A stretch of 64,000 nt of DNA from an uncultured Candidatus Binatia bacterium (lineage in GTDB: Bacteria > Desulfobacterota > Binatia > Bin18). Position 1 is the first letter of the stretch. The number at the start of each line of letters is the position of its first letter. This document shows, piece after piece, positions 1-8,249 of the stretch. Below the pieces are notes generated by a model. That model was not told where the DNA came from and did not search any database. It saw only the letters and a program-made list of their open reading frames with translations. Made by a program: the position numbers and the translations under genes. The stretch spans positions 3,744,001 to 3,808,000 of the forward strand of contig OZ243961.1 of assembly GCA_965214605.1 (NCBI GenBank), read 5' to 3'.

Positions 1-2
1 TT

Positions 3-428
3 ATCAATGTGACCGGTGGACCGAGTTTGACCCTACACGAGGTCAACGAAGCTGCCGTGCTCATTCAGGACGAGGCTGACGAAGAGGCCAACATCATCTT
101 CGGTGCGGTGATTGATGAGTCGATGGGAGAAGATCTGTCGATTACGGTTATTGCCACCGGCTTTGGCGGAGCCGAGGCTGAGCAACAGCCCAAGGATACC
201 CACCGGCCGACGCTTATTAGCTCGGTGCGGAGCAGTCTGCGGACTCCGACCGGACCGCGCAAAGTCGTCCACCTCGGCACGCTTGTTGATGATGAGCTGG
301 AGACGCCAACCTGGCAGCGTAAGCGGCAGACCGACAAGCCGGTCGAGGCTTCGGCCGAGGCGGCACCAGACGCCGAAGCCAAAGATAAGTATGATATCCC
401 GGCGTTTTTACGTAAGCAGGCGAATTAA
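3..428 (+). CDS. ftsZ: Cell division protein FtsZ, 3' part (runs off the window start)
   Basis: INVTGGPSLTLHEVNEAA...ANIIFGAVIDE...ITVIATGF C-terminal domain, disordered linker and conserved tail DIPAFLRKQAN. Confidence 0.97.
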   Translation: MNVTGGPSLTLHEVNEAAVLIQDEADEEANIIFGAVIDESMGEDLSITVIATGFGGAEAEQQPKDTHRPTLISSVRSSLRTPTGPRKVVHLGTLVDDELETPTWQRKRQTDKPVEASAEAAPDAEAKDKYDIPAFLRKQAN

Positions 429-455
429 ACTGACACGGACGGGTAGTGTCCTACC

Positions 456-2222
456 ATGTGGTTGATGACCGAACGTGCCCGACACCGCCTGGCGGCCGAA
501 ACACGGATGTTTTCGGCTAGTCCAGACGGCGAGCTGCCCGTTTGCCTAATTTATCCCAACCGTTACCCAATTGGTATGGCCAATCTCGGCTTTCAGGCAG
601 CCTACCGGATTTTTTCCCAAGACCCTCACTGCCGCTGTGAGCGGGCGTTTCTGCCTGACCCTGACGAAGCCGCCGCGCTCGGCCGAACCCCCACTGCACT
701 CACCTCTCTGGAGAGCCAGCGGCCCTTGGCCGATTTCGAACTCTTAGCCTTCTCCGTGTCTTTTGAAACCGACTACCTCCACATCCTCGATATCCTGGCC
801 GCCGCCCACATACCGCTCTTGGCCGCCGCCCGACAGGCCCAGCACCCGCTGGTCATTGCCGGTGGGCCGGCCACCTTTCTCAATCCCGAACCGGTTGCCG
901 ACTTTATCGATCTGTTTTTGATCGGCGAGGGTGAGGAAATGATTCCAGAGTTCTTGGAACGCTACATTCAGAACCGAGCGGCGGGTCTGAGCCGGTCTGA
1001 GCGGTTGCAGCGTCTGAGCGACATAGACGGGGTCTACCTCCCGTCTCAGTTCGAGCCTCACTATGACGACGAGGGACATTTGATCCGGCTAGACTATAGT
1101 GGCACCGGAGAACCTAGCGTTCGGCGGCGACTAGTTGAGGATTTAGACACCTATCCGACCCACTCACAGATCCTCAGCTCGGAGGCGGTCTTTGGCGACA
1201 TGTACCTGCTTGAAACCAGCCGGGGCTGCGAGTGGGGCTGCCGTTTTTGCGCGGCCGGTTATATGTATCGACCGGTCCGTTATCGCAGCGTCGAGAATAT
1301 CAAACAGCAGGTAACAGTGGGGCTCAAAGAGCGTACGACTATTGGGTTGGTCGGCGCCGAGATGGCTAGTCAGCCGGGCGTTGCCGCTCTGTGCGAATTC
1401 ATTGGCCAAGCCGGAGGACGTGCCTCGCCCTCCTCGCTCAAGGCCGACGTGGTTAGTCGAGATCTGGCCGTTGCCATCGGTCACAATAAGAATCGTTCGG
1501 TCACCCTAGCTCCGGAAGCAGGCTCAGAGCGGATGCGGCGTCTGATCAATAAAAATCTGACCGAGCCCGAAATCTTACGGGCTGCTGAGTGGTTGGTGGA
1601 TGGTGGGGTGCGATCGCTCAAACTGTATTTCATGCTCGGTCTACCAACCGAGAGGCAAGAGGATGTGGATGCGATTGCCGAGCTGAGCCAGAAAATTTAT
1701 GAGCGTCTGTGCGTCACCAGCAGCCCGGTCGTCGGTGGTTTGACCCTATCGGTCAACGCCTTCTCGCCCAAACCTTGGACCCCCCTACAGTGGGAGCCGA
1801 TGGAAGCGGTGGCTAGCCTGCGAGGCAAGCTGACCGGGCTCCGCAAGCGGCTCGCCGGTCTGCCGCGGGTCCAGGTTGACACCGAATCGCCCCGTGAAGC
1901 TTACTACCAGACTCTGCTGTCTCGGGGTGACCGTCGGACCGGAGGGCTGCTGCTCGCGATTCACCACGCCGGCGGTGACTGGTGGAAAGTCATTCAGCAG
2001 CTGCGGCGGACGGTCAGATCGCCCTCCGCTCAGCGGTCCCTAAGCCCCAATCCGGATTTCTTCGTCCATCGTCGCTACGATGCCCAAGAGCTGCTGCCGT
2101 GGGATTTCATTGATCATTCGGTCAGTAAACAATACCTATGGGTTGAGTGGCGCAAAGCCCTGTTAGGACGACAAACGCCGCCGTGTGATGTGAGCACCTG
2201 CCACACCTGTGGTGCGTGTTAA
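456..2222 (+). CDS. Radical SAM protein with a B12-binding-like N-terminal domain (TIGR03960-like)
   Basis: YPNRYPIGMANLG N-terminus, RGCEWGCRFC (CxxxCxxC), LAPEAGSERMR, KLYFMLGLPTE, LPWDFID and C-terminal CDVSTCHTCGAC; the true start may be a few codons downstream. Confidence 0.88.
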   Translation: MWLMTERARHRLAAETRMFSASPDGELPVCLIYPNRYPIGMANLGFQAAYRIFSQDPHCRCERAFLPDPDEAAALGRTPTALTSLESQRPLADFELLAFSVSFETDYLHILDILAAAHIPLLAAARQAQHPLVIAGGPATFLNPEPVADFIDLFLIGEGEEMIPEFLERYIQNRAAGLSRSERLQRLSDIDGVYLPSQFEPHYDDEGHLIRLDYSGTGEPSVRRRLVEDLDTYPTHSQILSSEAVFGDMYLLETSRGCEWGCRFCAAGYMYRPVRYRSVENIKQQVTVGLKERTTIGLVGAEMASQPGVAALCEFIGQAGGRASPSSLKADVVSRDLAVAIGHNKNRSVTLAPEAGSERMRRLINKNLTEPEILRAAEWLVDGGVRSLKLYFMLGLPTERQEDVDAIAELSQKIYERLCVTSSPVVGGLTLSVNAFSPKPWTPLQWEPMEAVASLRGKLTGLRKRLAGLPRVQVDTESPREAYYQTLLSRGDRRTGGLLLAIHHAGGDWWKVIQQLRRTVRSPSAQRSLSPNPDFFVHRRYDAQELLPWDFIDHSVSKQYLWVEWRKALLGRQTPPCDVSTCHTCGAC

Positions 2223-2237
2223 GTCCGGCGCTGTTCT

Positions 2238-2636
2238 ATGATCATCGCCATTGGCACTGACCTGACAGAGGTCGAGCGGATTCGAGCCGCTCTGGACAAT
2301 CGGCGTAGCGGCCAGCGTTTTCGCGACCGTGTTTTCACTCCTGGTGAGCAGGCCTACTGCGAGCAGCGTGGGGGTGGCACCTATCAGAGTTATGCTGCCC
2401 GTTTTGCGGCCAAGGAGGCCGTCATGAAGGCGTTGGGCCAGGGTTGGGGAGCGCAGCTCGGTTGGCTTGATATTGAGGTTAGGCGCTGGCCAGGAGCACG
2501 TCCTGAGATTCTTTTGTCTGACCGGGCCAAAGCCTACGCCGCCTCGCTCGGTGTTCGACGTCTGCACCTCGCGCTGACGCATACCGCAACCCTGGCCGAG
2601 GCTCAGGTGGTGGCTGAGGGGGAGGGAGAGAGTTGA
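2238..2636 (+). CDS. acpS: Holo-[acyl-carrier-protein] synthase
   Basis: IGTDLTEVERI, RVFTPGE, AARFAAKEAVMKALG, LALTH motifs; 132 aa. Confidence 0.95.
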   Translation: MIIAIGTDLTEVERIRAALDNRRSGQRFRDRVFTPGEQAYCEQRGGGTYQSYAARFAAKEAVMKALGQGWGAQLGWLDIEVRRWPGARPEILLSDRAKAYAASLGVRRLHLALTHTATLAEAQVVAEGEGES

Positions 2637-2680
2637 GGAGGGGGCGGACGGCCCGTTCAGATGCCCACTTCTTAGGTCAA

Positions 2681-2713
2681 AACGCCAAGGTCAAAATTCA
2701 GACCTTGGCCGTT
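2681..2713. terminator. Hairpin between convergent acpS and E2 genes (possible bidirectional terminator)
   Basis: aacgccaaggtc-aaaattca-gaccttggccgtt; 8-bp perfect core stem but no strong U-tract. Confidence 0.4.
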
Positions 2714-2733
2714 GCTTGGAAAAGTGCTCTAGG

Positions 2734-4116
2734 CTAGTCCACGGCCAGGGCAATTCGGTTGCCATGCGACAGTAGATCGGCCACACTGCCTAGGAAGGCA
2801 CCGGCCGGTGCACCGTCAATCACCTGGTGATCAAAGCTCAGGCTCAAGACCAGCATTGATCGCTTGGTGATTTCGCCCTGATACACGACGGGTTTGTCAA
2901 CGATGCGGCCGACGCCCAAAATTCCAGTCTGGGGCGAGTTGATAATCGGGGTAAAGGCGTCAACGCCGGCCATCCCCAGGTTTGAAACGGTGAAGGTTCC
3001 GCCGCTGACCTCTTCGAGCTGGAGTTTACCCGCCCGTGCTTTCTCGGCCAGACTGCGCGCTTCCTGGGCAATAGTCTTGAGCGGCTTTTTATCGGCGTCA
3101 TGGATCACCGGGACGATCAAGCCCTCCTCTAGCGCCACGGCAAAACCGACGTGGACAGCGGCGTGCAGCTGGATCGCGCCCCCTTCGAGCGAGGCATTCA
3201 TACGCGGATGCTGAAGCAGGGCATGGGCGCAGGCCTGGATGATGAAGTCGTTGTAGGTGGTGTTGAACTCACGCCGGACCTCTTCACGCCGCTCGATGAG
3301 CTGGGTCACATCAACCTCGGTGGTAATGGTGAGCTGGGCGGTATCCTGGAGGCTCTTGTGCATGCGCTCGGCAATCACTTTACGCATACCGCGTAGCGGG
3401 ACCGATTGGCCCTCTGCCGGGGCAGCCGGGGCCTCCGCCGGGGCCTGAGCGCCCGCGTCAATGGCCTGCTGGACATCCTCTCTGGTGATCCGTCCGCCGG
3501 GTCCGGTCCCGGTTAGACGGGCAGTCTCGATGTTGTGTTCGGCGGCAAGTTTACGAGCTGCGGGAGTGACGGGTGCCCGTTTCCCGGGGGATTTCGCCGG
3601 GGCCTGAGCGCCCGCGTCAATGGCCTGCTGGACATCCTCTCTGGTGATCCGTCCGCCGGGTCCGGTCCCGGTTAGACGGGCAGTCTCGATGTTGTGTTCG
3701 GCGGCAAGTTTACGAGCTGCGGGAGTGACGGGTGCCCGTTTCCCAGCGGCCGCTTCCATGACAGGTGCAGTCGGGGCACCACTGGGACCCGGCGTCGGCG
3801 AGCCCGCCGGGCTGGGAGCAGCCTGCGGAGCGGGAGCGCCATCGCTGTAGCGGGCGGCTATCTCAGCCACGTCTTCCCCGGCTTCGGCAATCACCGCGAC
3901 CGGTAGGCCGACCGGGACAACTGCTTCAAGGCCATACAGCAGTTTGGCAACCGTGCCACTAGCCGTTGATTCGACCTCATACAGGACTTTTTCGGTTTCG
4001 ACCTCAAACAGGGCATCTCCTTCGTTGATGGCCTCCCCTTCGTCTTTAAACCATCGCTGGATTGTACCCTCGACCATCGTGAGACCGAATTTCGGCATGA
4101 CAACTTCGGCGGCCAC
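2734..4116 (-). CDS. Dihydrolipoamide acyltransferase (E2) of a 2-oxoacid/acetoin dehydrogenase complex, with two subunit-binding domains
   Basis: Lipoyl domain MPKFGLTMVEGTI...VETEKV, two copies of TPAARKLAAEHNI...GTGPGGRITREDV, catalytic GGTFTVSNLG and SFDHQVIDG. Confidence 0.95.
   Translation of the reverse strand: MAAEVVMPKFGLTMVEGTIQRWFKDEGEAINEGDALFEVETEKVLYEVESTASGTVAKLLYGLEAVVPVGLPVAVIAEAGEDVAEIAARYSDGAPAPQAAPSPAGSPTPGPSGAPTAPVMEAAAGKRAPVTPAARKLAAEHNIETARLTGTGPGGRITREDVQQAIDAGAQAPAKSPGKRAPVTPAARKLAAEHNIETARLTGTGPGGRITREDVQQAIDAGAQAPAEAPAAPAEGQSVPLRGMRKVIAERMHKSLQDTAQLTITTEVDVTQLIERREEVRREFNTTYNDFIIQACAHALLQHPRMNASLEGGAIQLHAAVHVGFAVALEEGLIVPVIHDADKKPLKTIAQEARSLAEKARAGKLQLEEVSGGTFTVSNLGMAGVDAFTPIINSPQTGILGVGRIVDKPVVYQGEITKRSMLVLSLSFDHQVIDGAPAGAFLGSVADLLSHGNRIALAVD
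3436..3744. repeat. Exact 150-bp direct repeat (3436-3585 and 3595-3744, period 159 bp) inside E2
   Basis: Base-by-base identity read from the sequence; the period equals 53 codons, so the frame is kept. Confidence 0.95.
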
Positions 4117-4195
4117 GGAGACTCCCTTCTCAATACGCTATGTAGTGTTGGTTTGCCGCGTTCGACCGTGTGTGGCACGGCCGAAGATCGGCCGT

Positions 4196-5164
4196 TTAGG
4201 CTACGAGTTCCTTGACGGCTTCGGCAATTTTCTGTTCGTCGGGCAGGACAAATTTTTCCATAGGCGGACTGTATGGAATAGGAACGTCATGGGCGGTCAG
4301 CCGTTTGACTGGGGCGTCAAGCGAGTCAAAGCCCTTATCGGCGATCACCGCCGCAATTTCCGACGCCGCGCCACACCGCAGGTGGCCTTCGTCAACAACC
4401 AAGACTTTGTGTGTCTTGGCAACCGAACTGAGAATTGTGTCCTCATCTAGTGGGACGAGGGTGCGCGGGTCGATAACCTCGACCGACACGCCTTCTTCTT
4501 CTAGGGAGGTGGCCGCCTTGAGGGCTTTGGAGACCATTAGGCCTATCCCGACCACCGTCACGTCCGAACCCTCGCGTTTAACCTCGCCCTTGCCGATTGG
4601 CACCAGATACTCTTGTTCAGGAATTTCTTGTCTGGACCGGCCTAAACCCATGTGCTCAAATACCAGCACCGGATTATTATCGCGGATGGCGCTCTTTAAC
4701 AGCCCTTTCATATCGTAGGGATCGGACGGCGCGACAATTTTTAAGCCCGGCACACTCATGAACTGGGCGTAGACGGTTTCTGAGTGCTGAGCTGCGGCCG
4801 AGCCGAGCGCGCCGTAGACCGTCCGAAAGGTAATCGGAATGTCGGCCTGGCCACCCGACATATAGCGGAGTTTGGCCGCTTGGTTACACACTTGGTCCCA
4901 GCAACAGTAGAAAAAGCTAGCAAATTCAATTTCGACAATCGGCCGCATCCCGGCCATGGCCGCGCCAATACCGGCCCCGGCATAGCCGGCTTCCGAAATC
5001 GGGGCGTTACGGATGCGTCCGGGACCGAATTCGTCGGTCAATCCACCGGTCGCACCAAACGCTCCAACCCAGACATCAAGACCCATCAGAAAAGTTCGAG
5101 GATCGCGTCTGAGTTCTTCAGCGAGGGCTGAATTAATTGCTTGGATGAATGAAACGTTCGACAT
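4196..5164 (-). CDS. TPP-dependent dehydrogenase E1 beta subunit (AcoB/PdhB-like)
   Basis: PISEAGYAG, GMRPIVEI, AAQHSE, PGLKIVAPS, REGSDVTVV, EVIDPRTLVPLD; start MSNVSF at 5164 after an AGGAG RBS. Confidence 0.95.
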   Translation of the reverse strand: MSNVSFIQAINSALAEELRRDPRTFLMGLDVWVGAFGATGGLTDEFGPGRIRNAPISEAGYAGAGIGAAMAGMRPIVEIEFASFFYCCWDQVCNQAAKLRYMSGGQADIPITFRTVYGALGSAAAQHSETVYAQFMSVPGLKIVAPSDPYDMKGLLKSAIRDNNPVLVFEHMGLGRSRQEIPEQEYLVPIGKGEVKREGSDVTVVGIGLMVSKALKAATSLEEEGVSVEVIDPRTLVPLDEDTILSSVAKTHKVLVVDEGHLRCGAASEIAAVIADKGFDSLDAPVKRLTAHDVPIPYSPPMEKFVLPDEQKIAEAVKELVA

Positions 5165-5183
5165 GGTGTGTCTCCTCAGGCTG

Positions 5184-6170
5184 TCAGGCGGCTGAAAACA
5201 TATCTTCCAGGGCTTCTTCCGGGGCAGGCAGAGGACTGTCCTCGGCAAACTTGACCGCCTCGTCTATAACGACGGTGACTTCGGCCTTAACCGCATCAAT
5301 TTCGGCCTGGCCGACCACCCCGGCCTGCACAAAGCGCTGCTCAAAGGTGATAAGCGGACAGCGTTTCTTCCACTCTTCGATCTCTTCCTTGGGGCGATAG
5401 CTTTTGTCGCCCATAAAAGCTTCTTCGCCCACCACGTGGCCTTCCCAACGGTAGGTTTTGCACTCGATCAGGGTGGGACCCTCGCCCCTGCGGGCACGTT
5501 CGACCGCCTGACTGGTGGTCTCATAGACCTCCACCACGTCGTTGCCATTGACCACTACGCCAGGCATGTCGTGACCTCTGGCCCGGTCGGCAATGTCTTT
5601 GACTGAGGTGACATCTTTGCCGGCGGTGAATTCGCCGTACAGATTATTCTCGCACACGTAGATGACCGGCAGTTTCCAGGCCGAGGCAAGGTTGAGCGAT
5701 TCGTGGAAGGTCCCCTCGTTGGACGCCCCGTCGCCAAAGAAACACACCGCGACCTCAGCGCTGCCCCGGACTTGGGCCGCTAGACCCGCGCCGGTGGCAA
5801 TCGGCAGACCGGCTCCGACAATGCCGTTGGCGCCTAGGATGCCGATATCAAAATCGGCAATATGCATGGAGCCGCCCTTGCCCTTGCAGTAGCCCGTACT
5901 CTTGCCGTAGATCTCGGCCATCATGGGTTTGATCTGGCCCCCTTTGGCAATGAGATGACCATGGCCCCGATGGGTGCTGGTGATGTAGTCCTCGTCGGTC
6001 AGAGCGGCGCACACGCCGGTAGCTGAGGCTTCTTCGCCGATTGAGACGTGTACGAAGCCTGGAATTCTGCCTTCTTTAAAGATATCGCGCAGACGTTCCT
6101 CAAACTGGCGAATTGTCTGCATGGTGCGATACATCTCGAGTAATTTGTCTTTACCAACTTCCGCAGCCAT
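5184..6170 (-). CDS. TPP-dependent dehydrogenase E1 alpha subunit (AcoA/PdhA-like)
   Basis: STHRGHGH, GKGGSMH, TPP motif GDGASNEG...ENN, TYRWEGH; AGGAGG RBS. Confidence 0.95.
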   Translation of the reverse strand: MAAEVGKDKLLEMYRTMQTIRQFEERLRDIFKEGRIPGFVHVSIGEEASATGVCAALTDEDYITSTHRGHGHLIAKGGQIKPMMAEIYGKSTGYCKGKGGSMHIADFDIGILGANGIVGAGLPIATGAGLAAQVRGSAEVAVCFFGDGASNEGTFHESLNLASAWKLPVIYVCENNLYGEFTAGKDVTSVKDIADRARGHDMPGVVVNGNDVVEVYETTSQAVERARRGEGPTLIECKTYRWEGHVVGEEAFMGDKSYRPKEEIEEWKKRCPLITFEQRFVQAGVVGQAEIDAVKAEVTVVIDEAVKFAEDSPLPAPEEALEDMFSAA

Positions 6171-6240
6171 ATGCGCGCCCTCCTTTGTGGTGTGTGCAAC
6201 AACTGACAGCTGTTCTCATAATCCGAAACCCAGGCCGCGG

Positions 6241-6660
6241 TCAACCGACGCTGGTGTTTTTGAACTCCATTTCCAGCAAATAAGGAGAAACCTGGACTGT
6301 TGTGATATCGTCTCAAACCGCTCTCGGATACCCTTCTGGCCAAAGGAGAGGCGCAAAGTCCCATACCTCTTGATCTAGCGCGCCCTGCCTGTACTGGTAG
6401 TAATAAGGTGTCTCCGGCGGAGAAGGCATCATACATGATAAAATCAAAGCGGCGGCGTTCGTCTTTGTCGAGCGCGAAGTAGGGTTCTGAGCCGTGGCGT
6501 AACACACCCGGGACAGTTCAGCATTGTCAACAACAAGAGCGACGTAGGCGAGCCCATATGGGTGGCGTTGCACACCTGGACCGCTCTATAGATGAGTGAG
6601 ACGATAACGCCCACAGCACTGACGACCTCGGCCTAGCATCCCGATAGCCCTGAAATCTAT
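6241..6660 (-). pseudogene. Frameshifted remnant of a small protein with an N-terminal membrane anchor (uncharacterised family)
   Basis: GAGGAG RBS followed by ATA instead of ATG. Frame-hopping reads (M)DFRAIGML/AEVVSAVGVIVSLIYRAVQV...LVVDNAELSRV/...LDKDERRRFDFIMYDAF/YYYQYRQGALDQEVWD, resembling a common uncharacterised MNWxAIGAIAEVVGAxAVxxSLIYLAxQ family that I recognise from memory. Confidence 0.65.
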
Positions 6661-6722
6661 AACCGCTGCTCCTCAAGGAGACACTCCCATTGAGTCTGAT
6701 CCCCCCGCTCATTGCCGATCTG

Positions 6723-8063
6723 CTACCTGGGGGGCGCTACTGGAGCGGGCTGGGGTGCTCCATCTGAGAGCTTCTCGACCTTAATCTTATCAATCCGCCG
6801 TTCATCCATATTCACAATCGTCATCCGATAGCCCTGGGACTGGACGATTTCTCCGCCCTTGGGAATGCGCTCTAGACGGGCCAACAGAAATCCGGCCAGG
6901 GTCCGATAGTCGTTCGTCTCCGCAATCGGCAGGCCGGGGTGTTCTTGCAAGTCAGCCAACGTCACCCCGCCGGCGATCAGCCACGCCTGCGGACCGATGT
7001 CCTGGATTGGCTGCTCTTCATCAACATCAAACTCGTCCTGAATCTCGCCTACAATCTCTTCTAGCAGATCCTCAATGGTGGCGATGCCGACCACTGTGCC
7101 AAACTCGTTGACGACAACGGCCAGCTGCATGCGACGCAGCTGGAGCTCACGTAGCAGGAGGCTGATTTGCATCGAATCAGGCACGAAGTAGGTCGGATGG
7201 ACAAAATCTTGCAGCGAGGCGTCATGCTGTTCCCGGCCGCGCAGCAGTTCTTTGAGGTGTACCACGCCGACAATGTGGTCAAGATCATCCTCAAAGATCG
7301 GCATCCGCGAGAAGCTGCTCTCGATCATGGCCTGGAGGGCATGTTGGGGAGACGTGTCTAGGCTCAGCGCCTGGATTTCGGTCCGGGGAGTCATCACCTC
7401 ACGGACCGAGGTGTCGGCAAAATCAAACACGCTCTGGATAAACTTCTGCTCGGTGGCGTCAAAGACCCCTCTTTGCGCGCCTTCGCGGATGATGTGCTTG
7501 ACTTCATCCTCAGACACAACGGCTTCGGCCGCCTTGGCTCCGGTCCCAGTCAGGTATAACAGTCCGTTGGTCGAAGCGGTGAGTAGTTTGACCCCGGCCG
7601 TAAACAGCCACGAGAAAATATCCAAGGGCCGTGCAACCCAAAAGGCGATCTGCTCGGAGTAACGCAGGGCCAGAGATTTTGGCACTAGCTCGCCCAACAC
7701 CAGCGAGAGGTAGGAAATGATTACCACCACCGTGGCAACGGCTAGGACTTGGCTCGACTCAGCCACAAAAGGCAGCGAACTCCGAGCGTACAGCGGGGCG
7801 AGATAGGCGACGGCCGACACTCCTCCAATGGCCGAGGCCAGTGAGCTGACCAGTGTCACCCCGATCTGGACGGTCGCCAGGAAACGGTCGGGATCGTTTC
7901 TGAGTCGTCCCAGCGTTCGGGCCTTCCGATCGCCCTCCTCAGCTAACTGATCAATGCGACTCCGCCGGACTGAAACCACCGCAATTTCTGAACCGGAAAA
8001 AAAGCCGTTGGCGATAATCAAGCCTAGGATAACCGTTATTTCGAACCACAGCTCAGTGACCAT
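6723..8063 (-). CDS. HlyC/CorC (CNNM-CBS-CorC) family membrane protein
   Basis: ANGFFSGSEIAVVS, FLATVQIGVT, LGELVPKSLAL, VREVMTPR, FSRMPI, VNEFG...TIEDLLEEIVGEIQDEFD; start MVTEL after AGGAGG. Confidence 0.93.
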   Translation of the reverse strand: MVTELWFEITVILGLIIANGFFSGSEIAVVSVRRSRIDQLAEEGDRKARTLGRLRNDPDRFLATVQIGVTLVSSLASAIGGVSAVAYLAPLYARSSLPFVAESSQVLAVATVVVIISYLSLVLGELVPKSLALRYSEQIAFWVARPLDIFSWLFTAGVKLLTASTNGLLYLTGTGAKAAEAVVSEDEVKHIIREGAQRGVFDATEQKFIQSVFDFADTSVREVMTPRTEIQALSLDTSPQHALQAMIESSFSRMPIFEDDLDHIVGVVHLKELLRGREQHDASLQDFVHPTYFVPDSMQISLLLRELQLRRMQLAVVVNEFGTVVGIATIEDLLEEIVGEIQDEFDVDEEQPIQDIGPQAWLIAGGVTLADLQEHPGLPIAETNDYRTLAGFLLARLERIPKGGEIVQSQGYRMTIVNMDERRIDKIKVEKLSDGAPQPAPVAPPR

Positions 8064-8205
8064 ACGCGTCCTCCTAACACGGCCACCCCGGACAGAATAT
8101 GCAGACCCGCCCGTGTCGCATGCCAGCCATCCTAGCATAGTCGGGCTGTTGACTCAGCAGGCAGACCGACCAGACTTGACCGATCCGCCCCTTCTTACTT
8201 TACAA

Positions 8206-8236
8206 GCTGAAAGCTGATAGCAGACCGCTGAGCGCT
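8206..8236. repeat. Degenerate heptamer tandem (gctgaaa gctgata gcagacc gctgagc) upstream of uvrA
   Basis: 7-bp periodicity read directly. Confidence 0.55.
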
Positions 8237-8249
8237 TCTTTCGTGGGAG

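Noticed and set aside
3436-3744. Direct repeat as a CRISPR array or IS end
   Set aside because: Only two long in-frame copies encoding a protein domain; no spacers, cas genes or transposase
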